This document shows positions 34,774 through 43,534 of a DNA stretch of 64,000 nt, one piece after another (position 1 is the stretch's first letter; each line of letters opens with the position of its first letter). The notes beneath the pieces are model-generated. The model worked only from the letters and a program-made list of their open reading frames with translations, made no database searches and was not told the DNA's origin. Both the position numbers and the translations under genes were made by a program. This DNA comes from Patescibacteria group bacterium (GTDB taxonomy: Bacteria; Patescibacteriota; Patescibacteriia; Patescibacteriales; JAQVLT01), in the NCBI GenBank assembly GCA_028704015.1, contig JAQVLT010000002.1, forward strand, positions 9,499 through 73,498. Reading direction: 5' to 3'.

Positions 34774-35571
34774 TTATTTTATATTAATAAATTTGACAAT
34801 TGATTTAATAGAGTTAGCTTTGCCGGTTTTTTCGTCTATTTTTAAAAGCACCGATCCAAATATTGCTTTGCCGGATTCGGGGATGACGTGCGGATATTTT
34901 ATTTGTGTTAAATAAGTTTTGATAATTCCTTCTTTGCTAACTCCGATGCATTCATCAGCCGCTCCAACCATGCCAACATCGGTGATATAGGCCATTCCTT
35001 TGCCAGTGATTTTTTCGTCAGCCGTCATTATATGAGTGTGAGTTCCCAAGACAGCCGTAGCGCGTCCATCGGCAAAATGTCCAAAAGAGATTTTTTCCGA
35101 AGTAGCTTCCGCGTGTATATCAATAATTATAGCAAATAATTTTTGGTTTTCAAAATTAGCCAAAATTTCTTGGAATTTTCTGAACGGGCAATCCAAATCA
35201 GGCTGCATAAAAACTCGTCCGATTAAATTAATTAATAAAATATCGCCTTGTTTGGTATTGATAAGAGTATAGCCTTGGCCGGGAACATCGGGCGGGAAAT
35301 TTGCCGGACGAATAATCGGAAATTTTTCATAGCAAATTTCCGCTTGTTTAATGCGGTCAAAAGCGTGATCGCCATTAGTAAAATAATCTATGCCGGCGCT
35401 TTGTAATTCTTTAAGACTTTCTTCCGTGACACCTGAGCCATGAGCGGCGTTTTCCGCATTGGCAATCACCAGATCTATTTTTTCTTCACGTTTAAGCTTG
35501 GGTAGAATTTTTTTTACCGCCTCGCGCCCGATTTTACCGTTAATATCGCCGATAAAGAGAATGTTGAGCAT
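34774..35571 (-). CDS. ymdB: YmdB-family metallophosphoesterase (2',3'-cyclic-nucleotide phosphodiesterase-like)
   Basis: LFIGDINGKIGREAV, ANAENAAHGSG, GTHTH motifs. Confidence 0.8.
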   Translation of the reverse strand: MLNILFIGDINGKIGREAVKKILPKLKREEKIDLVIANAENAAHGSGVTEESLKELQSAGIDYFTNGDHAFDRIKQAEICYEKFPIIRPANFPPDVPGQGYTLINTKQGDILLINLIGRVFMQPDLDCPFRKFQEILANFENQKLFAIIIDIHAEATSEKISFGHFADGRATAVLGTHTHIMTADEKITGKGMAYITDVGMVGAADECIGVSKEGIIKTYLTQIKYPHVIPESGKAIFGSVLLKIDEKTGKANSIKSIVKFINIK

Positions 35572-35577
35572 ATATTA

Positions 35578-35680
35578 GTTAGGATCATTAAGATTTTTAA
35601 GATAATTAGGATTATTAGGAGTTTGATATTGTCCTAAAATCATAAAGTTCCTAATAATCTTGATAATCATAATAATCACA
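35578..35680. repeat. ~100-nt AGGATT/AATCCT palindromic element, second copy
   Basis: aggatcattaagatttttaagataattaggattattagga ... cctaataatcttgataatcataataatc. Confidence 0.5.
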
Positions 35681-35848
35681 AATCAATTTAATCTTAGCAC
35701 AGAGGCAGAACGCTATCAAGGTTTTAATTGTAAAGGTAAAATATTTTGAATTTGACATAAGGACGCAGAAAGTTGGTAATATTTAATTAAAAAATTAATA
35801 AATTTAAGCTAAAATTAGAGAAAATTGGGGGAAATAATGTTAAAGTGC

Positions 35849-35877
35849 TTGACATTGTTTTAGTTTTATGTTATTAT
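35849..35877 (+). promoter_or_regulatory. near-consensus sigma70-type promoter with no downstream ORF
   Basis: TTGACA 35849-35854, 17-nt spacer, TATTAT 35872-35877. It points into a GC-rich hairpin region. Confidence 0.45.
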
Positions 35878-36118
35878 ATAAGGTCTTGTATGATGCCCCT
35901 CCTTCGCCCTTTTGGGCTTTGGAGGGCAACCATCCTTCGCTAAAGCTTCGGATGGCAAGGCCTTTCTAAGTTTAACTTGGAATGTGCTAAACCATGCAAG
36001 ATAAACATAAAAAATGCGGGGGCGTCGCCTTGATTATTCGGGGAGGCGCCCCATAAGCACTGTTCGTTAATCGCGTATCACATATCACACATCACGTAAC
36101 GCTAACGAAAATAAAAAA

Positions 36119-36145
36119 TCCGAAAATTTAACCAAAATTTTCGGA
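36119..36145 (-). terminator. rho-independent terminator of the 84-aa gene
   Basis: tccgaaaattt / aaattttcgga stem, with a T-run on the minus strand. Confidence 0.65.
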
Positions 36146-36170
36146 CAAACAAAATCAATACTCTTTACAA

Positions 36171-36425
36171 TTAGTTTTTTACAGCAGAAAAGTTATAAGG
36201 GTTAATACCTAAATGTTGTTCAATATTAGAAATGCGCTGTTCAAAGCGATCATGCGCGGCTTGGTTAGAAACAAAGGCATGCTCAATAATACCAAGTTTA
36301 TGCATCACCGCGTCCACGGCAGTTAGCACTTGATCAAATTTTTCGTTCGTTTCGTCTCTGGTGGCATAATTTTTCAGATCTTCTTTGGTTGCCAATTTAT
36401 TGAATTGTTCAGGCGTTAAAGTCAT
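36171..36425 (-). CDS. hypothetical small helical protein
   Basis: 84-aa ORF bracketed by a strong promoter and a strong terminator. No motif recognised. Confidence 0.55.
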   Translation of the reverse strand: MTLTPEQFNKLATKEDLKNYATRDETNEKFDQVLTAVDAVMHKLGIIEHAFVSNQAAHDRFEQRISNIEQHLGINPYNFSAVKN

Positions 36426-36446
36426 ATAAATTTATTTAATAATAAT

Positions 36447-36474
36447 ATTATAACACAACAGAAAAACAGGTCAA
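36447..36474 (-). promoter_or_regulatory. sigma70-type promoter of the 84-aa gene
   Basis: Minus strand: TTGACC, 16-nt spacer, TATAAT, about 20 nt before the ATG. Confidence 0.55.
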
Positions 36475-36806
36475 TATAGTGAAACGTGAAACGTGGAACA
36501 TGGAATACATAACATATAATTTGAAACAAATTAGTAAAACAATTTGATAATTTAAAAATTCCGCACTTTTCTTTCAATAAAACTTACTGATGAAGGCGAA
36601 ATGGTTGGAGAAATGCAATATGTTCTGCCATTTAATTTCGTTTTAATCGGTTTGTTTTATTGGGAGAAAATAGAGCGTTCGGGTGGTCCGGACTGCTCTT
36701 TGACAATTAAATTTTTTAAGAATTTTGGGCTCGTTATAGTATCGCTAAACACTGGAGCCCCGGCCCATTCATGGCGGCCGTAATCTTCACGAGAAAGGAG
36801 AAAGCC

Positions 36807-38279
36807 ATGGCAAAGCAGCAGAAGAAAAAGCCGGGTGGCGGTGGAGTAAAAACCGAGAAAATTCGGTTACTGAACGCCGCGCCCGTGCGAAACGGCGACA
36901 ATTTTGACATCGCCATCGAGGCGATGGTTACGGGCATGGACGGCAAAGTGAAACCTAATTGCCCGTTGACGCTGTACGAGGCTTTGGCCGCTATCGGAGC
37001 TGGGCAAACGGGTGGGGATGGGAAAGTGGTTTTCAACATCACCGTCCCCATTTCGAGGAACGGAAAGGAAATCGAGGTTCGGGCCCAAATCGACGGGTCA
37101 TCGGCCGAGGTTTTTTTGAAGATCGCCTTGCCGGAAATTGAGGAGAAGAAGTTAACGGCGACCCTGGTCGAAGTGAGGGAAGAGGAAGACGGTTTTATCG
37201 TCGAGCTCGCCCTCAAGGCTACGGACGCCGGCCAGCCGACGGCCATGACGGCCATCCTCTCGGCCGATAGCAAGGAACTTGCGCGCGTGGATATTGGCCC
37301 GACTGGTCAGGAAACCACGACCGTGAAGTTCCCGCAGTCGGAAGGCGGGAAGGAAAAGACTGTCAGCGTGCAGTGGCACCGCGCCGACGAGAAAGCCGAT
37401 GTCAAGGTGCAGCTGCCCGTCCCGGTCAAGGGCACCTATTCCAAGAGCATCCAGGAGTTGGCCAAGGCCAACCTCCGCCTCTGGAAGAAGGAGCCTCGGC
37501 GGATCTGGCAGCACTTCGGTGCGGCCACAGTCATGTTTTGCTTGGCGGCCTGGATCTTTTCGGCTGCCGGCGCTGGCAACCTCGGCCTGATTTTTGCGAT
37601 CGTTTGCGCGATCATGGCCGGCAAGGGTGCTAAGCGCATGGGGGTTTCGTTGGGGCTCATTCCACTCGTCATCGTGGGTGGCATCGGACTCCTCGCGCCC
37701 CAACTGATTGCGGAGCCGATGTTCTATGCGCTTTTGACGGCGTATACCATTGGCGGGGTCTGCTATTTTGTGGAGGCCCTGACAACCCGGCCGGATGGTA
37801 CCCCGGTGTTAAATTGGTACCCCAAACTGGCCACCATCGTTTTTGTGGGTTTGATCGTCTTCGCCCTGATGGGAGGATTCGTGTCCAGCTTTGGCGAAGA
37901 CGAATTCGCCAGTTACTGGGCAAGCGGCGATTTCCAGGAAACCGGTCTTTTTTCGTTGGTCGGCGACGCTACCAGGGTTTTATATAAAATTCCTTTGGTG
38001 GGTGGATTATTTGAAAAGGTCGCCGAACTCCTGGAAAGGGCGAAGTACGCTATCGTTTTTCTCTTGGGCCTCATGATTATGCTGGCTTACGCTGGCGCAA
38101 GTGAGGGTTTTCAGAAGCTTTTCGGCGGGGCGAAGAAACCCGCGGAAGCTGGGAAAAAGGATGGCGCGCCTTCGATGGGGAAACTCATACAGAGCGACAT
38201 CATCGGCGAGGGCGTTTGGGCCGCGATTTCCAAGGGCCTCGCTGGAATTTTTATGAGGAGAGGAGACAAGAAAAAATGA
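36807..38279 (+). CDS. unknown polytopic membrane protein with an N-terminal beta-rich soluble region (GC-rich operon, gene 1)
   Basis: Start at MAKQQKKKPGGGG after SD aaaggag. About 225 soluble residues, then 6 or more hydrophobic helices and a basic tail. Confidence 0.6.
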   Translation: MAKQQKKKPGGGGVKTEKIRLLNAAPVRNGDNFDIAIEAMVTGMDGKVKPNCPLTLYEALAAIGAGQTGGDGKVVFNITVPISRNGKEIEVRAQIDGSSAEVFLKIALPEIEEKKLTATLVEVREEEDGFIVELALKATDAGQPTAMTAILSADSKELARVDIGPTGQETTTVKFPQSEGGKEKTVSVQWHRADEKADVKVQLPVPVKGTYSKSIQELAKANLRLWKKEPRRIWQHFGAATVMFCLAAWIFSAAGAGNLGLIFAIVCAIMAGKGAKRMGVSLGLIPLVIVGGIGLLAPQLIAEPMFYALLTAYTIGGVCYFVEALTTRPDGTPVLNWYPKLATIVFVGLIVFALMGGFVSSFGEDEFASYWASGDFQETGLFSLVGDATRVLYKIPLVGGLFEKVAELLERAKYAIVFLLGLMIMLAYAGASEGFQKLFGGAKKPAEAGKKDGAPSMGKLIQSDIIGEGVWAAISKGLAGIFMRRGDKKK

Positions 38280-39148
38280 AAAAGCTCGTCATTGCGGCTT
38301 TGGTCTTAGCGGCCATCGCCGCTGGACTATGGCTAAGGAAAGAGGATGGTAAGAGTGGCCACGTCGGAAGTTCATGGTTCTCTTCTACCACTCTCAAAAT
38401 CAGGGCTACTCAGACAATCGAGTCGGCCTCGGTTTCGCCCGGAAGTTTTTCCGCTGGTCCGGGGATGGTCGTCAAGATCACTCCCTTGAATGCCAGAGGC
38501 GCTGTTGCAGTCGGTCACGCCAAGCTGGGGAAGCACGTGAAATATGCGTCCCCCAAGTGGTTCGTGGCCGGCGCTGTTGGTGTCAAGAAATTTCGCTTCG
38601 GCGACGCCGAGATTGTGGAATTCAAGATGCCCAAGGGCGCCACGTCGGTAGCGTTCAGTTTTCAGAACGCGGTCATTACCCGGCTCGGTGCAGTAATCAA
38701 GACGGGCGAGGAAACGCCGACCGGCGGGTTTGAACCCGGGCCGCTCAAGTACAAGCTTGAGATCCTTCCGGCCTTTGACGGTCAAGGGCGGGTCATCGAC
38801 TTGGAAAAGGTCGGCCCGCTGGAAAATGGGGTCTTCCCATGGCTGGCTAGTCTGGACCCGAAGCAGTTGTTGGAAACGGTGCGTTCGTACGCGCCTGATT
38901 ACGCCAAGACGGTCCAGGACGCAAATGCGGCGCGGAAGAAGTCCAAGGAAAAACTGGACGAGATGCTCGTGCCGTCGGAACCGGCGCCAGTCACCAAAAC
39001 GGCTTCACCACCTCCGCCGCCGAAGAACAAGGTGGAGGAGGTGCAGAGGGGACTGGAGGAAAGGAAAAACGCGGCCATTGACAAGACGGCCGACTGGGTA
39101 AAACGGAATGCTTTCGGGGAGCCGGAGGACATCCTCCCGCCCAAGTGA
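38276..39148 (+). CDS. unknown N-terminally anchored/secreted protein with a Pro-rich tail (GC-rich operon, gene 2)
   Basis: ATGA start/stop overlap with gene 1. MKKLVIAALVLAAIAAGLWL anchor. C-terminal PSEPAPVTKTASPPPPPKNK. Confidence 0.55.
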   Translation: MKKLVIAALVLAAIAAGLWLRKEDGKSGHVGSSWFSSTTLKIRATQTIESASVSPGSFSAGPGMVVKITPLNARGAVAVGHAKLGKHVKYASPKWFVAGAVGVKKFRFGDAEIVEFKMPKGATSVAFSFQNAVITRLGAVIKTGEETPTGGFEPGPLKYKLEILPAFDGQGRVIDLEKVGPLENGVFPWLASLDPKQLLETVRSYAPDYAKTVQDANAARKKSKEKLDEMLVPSEPAPVTKTASPPPPPKNKVEEVQRGLEERKNAAIDKTADWVKRNAFGEPEDILPPK

Positions 39149-39164
39149 TAGAAAGGACACGGAC

Positions 39165-40475
39165 ATGATCGGAACATGTTTCTTCGTTTTTTCGCTTCTT
39201 CTTTCCATCGTCGTGGGGCGCATGCTCTACGGCGTGTGGAAGAAAGAAATTACCGAGACTGGCAGCATCAGGGCCGCCATCTTCAACGCTGGCGGGCTGA
39301 TTCTTGCCGTTATCGTCGTGGTGGGGATATGGAGCGTGCTTCATAACCATATCATGGGATTACTGGCAAGCACCGCCGGAACTTCGCCCCTTTGGGCGGG
39401 CGTGCTGATGGGCTTCGTGCTCATCGCTATCGCGTTGTTCGCGGAGTGGTATTTCTTGCTTCGGCAAGGAGCTGCTCTCTGCGGGCAGCCACCGCTTGTC
39501 AGAGGTGCGGTTACCGTGGCATTGGGGTTTGCGGCCATTACTGGCGCGCTTTATGCTATGGGCTTGGACATGGATCAGGCCATGTGGGTTGCGGCCCATG
39601 CGATTCTGGCTGGGCTTATCGGGCTCGGCACCTGGAAAGTCGTCTCGCAGTGGACGGCTTACCGGGACAACCTGGGCGTGGTCGCCACCTACATCGTCGA
39701 CGTGCTCGCTACGAGCGTGCTCGTTGGCATGTGGGGATGGAGTTCGTTTTCGGAGATGAGGGGAAGCTTGCTCTTTCTCACCCCGCTCCTTGGCTTCCAT
39801 GCCATGGCCTTCTGGTTCGGCTATGGACTTGGAAAGGGAGTCCGTGTCGCAAAAGCTGTCTTTTGGTTATGGACACTCTGCCTCGTGGCCGCATACGGCT
39901 GGATCTTCTTCGGGCAAGCGTCTCATATGCTTAACCGCTATGAGATGTTGAGCGCACGGACCCAGACCCGCCTGGAGATCGAGATCAATGATCTCGAGAG
40001 TTATCAGGCGATGGAGGGTTACCGTACTCTCCTGAAGGAGGTCAACCGCGCGGTTAAGGCGAAGGACCTTCCGGCGCTTCAGAAAGCCCGTGAGCAGGCC
40101 AAGCAGTATGAGGTCAAGCTCCGGGCGGTCAAGAGGCCGAAGATGGCCATGCCGGAATGGGTGGAAACGCCTTTCCGGTTTGCCAAAAACGGAGTTGTCT
40201 GGGTGGGGAAAAAGGTGCACGCCATCAGCGCTCCCCAGACGTTCAATACCTTAACCTTAACCCGTCTCGATGAGAGGCAGACCACCGAAATTCTTCGGAA
40301 AGGAGGGAAGTACAAGATTTCGGTGGCGCAGGGGGACGTCCTCCTGGAAGTCCCCCACGGGCTTACCCGCCTGGAGGTTGGGGACCATGTCCTCACCTAC
40401 AAGGCGGACGACGTTATCGCCTTCATGGGCGCCGGCAACTGGCGCTCTGAGGTGACCGTCATCAGGGCGGAGTAG
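39165..40475 (+). CDS. unknown polytopic membrane protein with coiled-coil and C-terminal beta domain (GC-rich operon, gene 3)
   Basis: Start at MIGTCFFVF, 16 nt after the gene 2 stop. About 8 hydrophobic helices, then a charged helical region. Confidence 0.55.
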   Translation: MIGTCFFVFSLLLSIVVGRMLYGVWKKEITETGSIRAAIFNAGGLILAVIVVVGIWSVLHNHIMGLLASTAGTSPLWAGVLMGFVLIAIALFAEWYFLLRQGAALCGQPPLVRGAVTVALGFAAITGALYAMGLDMDQAMWVAAHAILAGLIGLGTWKVVSQWTAYRDNLGVVATYIVDVLATSVLVGMWGWSSFSEMRGSLLFLTPLLGFHAMAFWFGYGLGKGVRVAKAVFWLWTLCLVAAYGWIFFGQASHMLNRYEMLSARTQTRLEIEINDLESYQAMEGYRTLLKEVNRAVKAKDLPALQKAREQAKQYEVKLRAVKRPKMAMPEWVETPFRFAKNGVVWVGKKVHAISAPQTFNTLTLTRLDERQTTEILRKGGKYKISVAQGDVLLEVPHGLTRLEVGDHVLTYKADDVIAFMGAGNWRSEVTVIRAE

Positions 40476-40496
40476 TTCATCCGTCGAGTTCATACA

Positions 40497-40546
40497 GCGG
40501 CAGGGACCTTAAGCGCAAGCTTTCGGGACCTGCCGCTTTTCTTTTT
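40497..40546 (+). terminator. rho-independent terminator of the GC-rich operon
   Basis: gcggcagg ... cctgccgc stem, followed by ttttcttttt. Confidence 0.65.
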
Positions 40547-40591
40547 GGTTTATTTATAATATAATATATATATAAGAAATAATTTAAAAAT

Positions 40592-41044
40592 ATGTTTAAA
40601 AAAATAATAGTGTTTTTATTCTTTTTATTAATTTGTAATACTGGTTTTGTTTTAGCGGATTATGATTGTCAATGCGTAAGTGGATCTGGCGGAACAGTTT
40701 CTAAATGTAGTCCCGATTGTCAAAACGCTTGTGCATCAAAAGGGACAATGAAAGACTGTAAAGAGAAAGTCGATTCCGGCGCTTCCGCTAAACTAGAAAA
40801 TCCTCTCAAAGGCGTTACTTCTGTTCAGCAGTTTATTGGTTTAATTATCCGAGCCGCTCTTGGGATTGTCGGGTCACTCGCTTTGCTCATGGTGATCTAC
40901 GGCGGTTTTCTATTGATGACCGCACATGGCAACGAACAGCAGGTGACAAAAGGAAAGGACGTGCTCATCTGGGCGGTGCTTGGGCTTATCATAATATTTA
41001 CTTCGTATGCGGTGGTCAAGAATATATTGGATATTTTAAAATAG
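40592..41044 (+). CDS. VirB2/TrbC-like (T4SS-pilin family) protein
   Basis: Signal peptide, 6 Cys, then the core ALGIVGSLALLMVIYGGFLLMTAHGNEQQVTKGKDVLIWAVLGLIIIFTSYAV. Confidence 0.6.
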   Translation: MFKKIIVFLFFLLICNTGFVLADYDCQCVSGSGGTVSKCSPDCQNACASKGTMKDCKEKVDSGASAKLENPLKGVTSVQQFIGLIIRAALGIVGSLALLMVIYGGFLLMTAHGNEQQVTKGKDVLIWAVLGLIIIFTSYAVVKNILDILK

Positions 41045-41147
41045 GTAACATAAAAAATAATTAAATTAACAAAAAAAGACGAAAAATCGTCTTTTTTTAA
41101 AGATACAAATACCAAGAAACAAGATACAAAAATTTCAAATTTAAAAA

Positions 41148-41513
41148 TTATTTTTTATTTTTGCTATTAACTTTATTTATCATCGCAGATAGAATATTTT
41201 TTAATTCCAAAGATTCTTTTTTTATTTCATTCATCAGAGGCTTTAAATTAGGATTTGCTTCTTCAATAAGTTCAAGCCAATGTGATGTTTCTTTAGCTTC
41301 TTTTCTAGATATTTTTAGTCTATGCACAAAATCTTTGTCGCCCAAAGCATCATTGGCTTCCCGATAGTTAGCGCCAATAGAGCCAGCCGAGCCGACAACT
41401 TGGCTTATTAGACGGATATTAATAGCATTTTGTGGTGTGGCTTTACAAAGTCGTATTACTCTTTTAGCAAATTCAGTAGTTCTGACTTCAAAATCAAATA
41501 TTTTTTCCTCCAT
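41148..41513 (-). CDS. four-helix-bundle protein (23S rRNA intervening-sequence protein family)
   Basis: Start moved to MEEKIFDFEV. Family pattern SAGSIGANYREANDA...F..RLKISRKEAKETSHWLELI. Confidence 0.75.
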   Translation of the reverse strand: MEEKIFDFEVRTTEFAKRVIRLCKATPQNAINIRLISQVVGSAGSIGANYREANDALGDKDFVHRLKISRKEAKETSHWLELIEEANPNLKPLMNEIKKESLELKNILSAMINKVNSKNKK

Positions 41514-41523
41514 AAAAATTTGG

Positions 41524-42414
41524 TTATTGTATCTTGGAATTTGTTTCTTGCTTGCCAACAAGCAAGCTCGCTCCAATAACCCCCGCCATATTCCCTAGTT
41601 TTCCCACAAGCACCTTCACTTCTTTTCGGGCGCGGGAATTCATAATATATTTTTCCATTTCTTTTTTCGCTGCGGGCAGGAATAATTCTGCTGAACCGGT
41701 TACGCCGCCACCAATAATAATCGCTTCGGGATTCAAAATATTTATAATATTGGCAAACGCCAAGCCAAGATTCCGGCCAATTTCTTGGTAAGTTTTCTCC
41801 GCCAAAGGATCGGCGTGAAAAGCCCGTTCCGCCAATTCTATGGGATTTTTTCCGTTTAATTGATGGTACACTTCTTCCAGCTCTATTGGTTTTTCAAAAT
41901 TTGTAATCATGCGGCCAATTTCTCCGGCATTGCCAAAAACGCCCTGATAAATCTCGCCGTTTACCCACCAGGAGCCGCCAATGCCGGTGCCAATAATCAC
42001 GCCAAAAGCATTATTGAATTTTTTTCCTGCGCCCATTTTCATTTCGCCGCGCAAAAAACAAGCAGTGTCATTATCCATAGTTACCGGAAGATTATATTTC
42101 TCTTCGATCTTCTCGGCGATTTTTACGCCGTTAATCAAGGGGATGTTCGGGGATTTGAGCATTCGTTTTTCCGCCAAATCAATCACGCCGGCAATGCCAA
42201 CACCAATGCCAGATATTTTTATCTTGTCTTTCTTTGCTTGTTCCACGAGCGGTTCCACTAGGGCGTTAAGCATGACAAAAAAATGGTCCAAAGTGTCTTT
42301 GGGGGTAGCCAAGAGATAGTCGGCGATAATTTTTTCGCCATCAAATAATCCGGCGCGCATGTTCGTGCCGCCGATGTCGAGGCCGATGGTGTAGGTTTTT
42401 GTTTGTTTGGACAT
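41524..42414 (-). CDS. ROK-family sugar kinase (glucokinase-like)
   Basis: IGLDIGGTNMRAGL ATP motif, ROK signature region, GGGV. Confidence 0.8.
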   Translation of the reverse strand: MSKQTKTYTIGLDIGGTNMRAGLFDGEKIIADYLLATPKDTLDHFFVMLNALVEPLVEQAKKDKIKISGIGVGIAGVIDLAEKRMLKSPNIPLINGVKIAEKIEEKYNLPVTMDNDTACFLRGEMKMGAGKKFNNAFGVIIGTGIGGSWWVNGEIYQGVFGNAGEIGRMITNFEKPIELEEVYHQLNGKNPIELAERAFHADPLAEKTYQEIGRNLGLAFANIINILNPEAIIIGGGVTGSAELFLPAAKKEMEKYIMNSRARKEVKVLVGKLGNMAGVIGASLLVGKQETNSKIQ

Positions 42415-42420
42415 AGGGTA

Positions 42421-42527
42421 AAATTTTTAATTTTGTAATTTTTGAATTTTTAAATAATATTTTAATTTTTAATGTTTAAAAATTTGTTATTAAAAAATTA
42501 TTTATAAAATTAAAAATTCAAAAATTA
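42421..42527. repeat. ~105-nt AT-rich palindromic element (family E)
   Basis: Shares a 37-nt identical block, aatttttaattttgtaatttttgaatttttaaataat, with 47532-47636. Confidence 0.6.
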
Positions 42528-43526
42528 TTCAAATAGCTTCCTTGCTTCTTCCCACATTACCGGATTATTTTTTACCGTCTTCTCCCAGTACCACCATTCT
42601 GCTCCCCAAAGATAGAATTCTTTAAATCCGGTTTGTGAAGAGAATTTAATTATATCACGGAATTTGGTTAAGTCCATGGTGCGCGATTTTTCCGCATCAG
42701 TCATGCTTTGATAAGGAATCGGACCCCAGGGTTCAGCTTCCAACTCTATAACTATCCAATCTTTTGGATGAGCGAAAATGCGCGCCAGATTTTTCTTGAA
42801 TCGGAAAAATCCCGGTGTAATCGGATAGTGAACGTATGTTTTTAAAAAGCGGGAATAAGTATCACGGTACATGGTAGTGCCAAAAATATCCGCTCGCTTG
42901 GCGGCCGGAATCCAAAATGACAATTCACCTGAATCGGTGATTATTATTGGTCGAGAATCTAAAGATTTTACCAAAGAAATTTCTCTATCCAAAAAATTTT
43001 TATCCAGTTTTGGGCATTCGCCGAAGTGAGTTAAAAAAGGTTCATTCTCAATCTGCCAGGCAGTAATTTGCGGTTTGTCGCGATAATGTTCTACGGTTTT
43101 GGCGATGTATGATAATATTTTTGTCTCTCGTTCGGTTTGACCTAGACCTTGCGCCCACTCGGGGAAATGGCATTCAGGCCAGCGCGGCAGACGGCCGCCG
43201 ACTGCTAAAATAATATTGGCATCATAACGCCCGGCTTCATTGATCTGCCAATCCAGGTCTTTGAAACTATATTGTCCGCTATTGCTTTCTATTTCATCCC
43301 AATAAGCCGGCAGGCGGATTTTTTTTGCTCCTAGATTTTCCAAAATCTCCAAATAGGTTTTTTTCCAATCCAGTCCCAGATTTTGCGCTTGTTTTTTGGA
43401 AAAAGTCAGGCCGTAAGACAATTCGCTTTTTTTGTAAATATGGCCACGGCTCAAAATAAATATGACAAAAATTAAAATAATTAAGACGAATATTAGTTTT
43501 TTAAAAAATTTTAGAGAGTGGAACAT
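42525..43526 (-). CDS. membrane-anchored TIM-barrel glycoside-hydrolase-like protein
   Basis: N-terminal TM helix. GH5/GH42-like segments (IRLPAYWDEIE, WQIENEPF). Confidence 0.5.
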   Translation of the reverse strand: MFHSLKFFKKLIFVLIILIFVIFILSRGHIYKKSELSYGLTFSKKQAQNLGLDWKKTYLEILENLGAKKIRLPAYWDEIESNSGQYSFKDLDWQINEAGRYDANIILAVGGRLPRWPECHFPEWAQGLGQTERETKILSYIAKTVEHYRDKPQITAWQIENEPFLTHFGECPKLDKNFLDREISLVKSLDSRPIIITDSGELSFWIPAAKRADIFGTTMYRDTYSRFLKTYVHYPITPGFFRFKKNLARIFAHPKDWIVIELEAEPWGPIPYQSMTDAEKSRTMDLTKFRDIIKFSSQTGFKEFYLWGAEWWYWEKTVKNNPVMWEEARKLFE

Positions 43527-43534
43527 AGTTTAAA

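Noticed and set aside
35891-35944. A 17-codon ORF (MMPLLRPFGLWRATILR) behind the orphan promoter.
   Set aside because: It has no SD. The sequence is made of the dispersed GCGAAGG-type hairpin repeat, so the reading frame is most likely incidental.
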